Of a stretch of 64,000 nt of DNA, positions 63,652 to 64,000 are shown piece after piece. Position 1 is the first letter of the stretch. Each line of letters starts with the position of its first letter. A program made the position numbers and the translations under genes. The notes under the pieces are model-generated. The model was not told the origin of the DNA. It made no database searches and saw only the letters and a list, made by a program, of their open reading frames with translations. This DNA comes from Octopus vulgaris. Lineage: Eukaryota. The stretch covers positions 47,864,001 to 47,928,000 of the forward strand of contig OX597836.1 of NCBI GenBank assembly GCA_951406725.2. Direction: 5' to 3'.

Positions 63652-63652
63652 T
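63590..63652. repeat. (TTA)n microsatellite in the putative 3' UTR
   Basis: Seen directly. Confidence 0.85.
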
Positions 63653-64000
63653 GTAATGATATTTTTTTTTGCATATTTTGAATTTTAACTAGCTTTGTAT
63701 ATTTATAATTTGGTGCTTCATCTTGTTCAACAAGTCAAGAAACCGTCTGCTTATCTCTGTTTCCATTAATTTAGGTCTTTTGTCTGTTTTCTCAGTGAGA
63801 CACATTTGAAGTCACCAAAGTGTTCCTAAACAGTTTTTTTTTTCTTCCTCTCCCTCCTCTAATTCTTCATAACTCCATCCATTTCCCCCATCCATCTGCT
63901 ACATTTGTTTTAATCATTTTATAAATCCTGCAGATTTAATTTCCAGTTTGGTGAGCAATTACACTCATTTAATTAATAATTACTTTAAACTAGATAGTTT

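Overview
Eukaryotic, AT-rich, repeat-dense genomic DNA; the SINE/RTE families point to an Octopus-type cephalopod (inference, not database-checked). One large + strand gene dominates. I traced 18 GT-AG exons with consistent phases from 22959 to the stop at 63165-63167, giving about 1,350 codons; the true start codon was not located. The C-terminal part is the WD40 beta-propeller of TFIIIC subunit 2 (GTF3C2/TFIIIC110). The N-terminal part is unexpected: a 1.7-kb disordered exon with an internal RRKQKSPRRI motif (NuRD/RBBP4-interaction-motif-like), then C2H2/C2HC/C2H2 zinc fingers resembling ZNF512/ZNF512B, suggesting a ZNF512-like + GTF3C2 fusion protein. Introns and upstream DNA contain at least three tRNA-derived SINE families, RTE, CR1/L2 and Penelope fragments, piggyBac- and Tigger-type MITEs, foldback elements and a Helentron-like element carrying a Gypsy integrase fragment. 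All comparisons with human proteins are from memory and need confirming by alignment.
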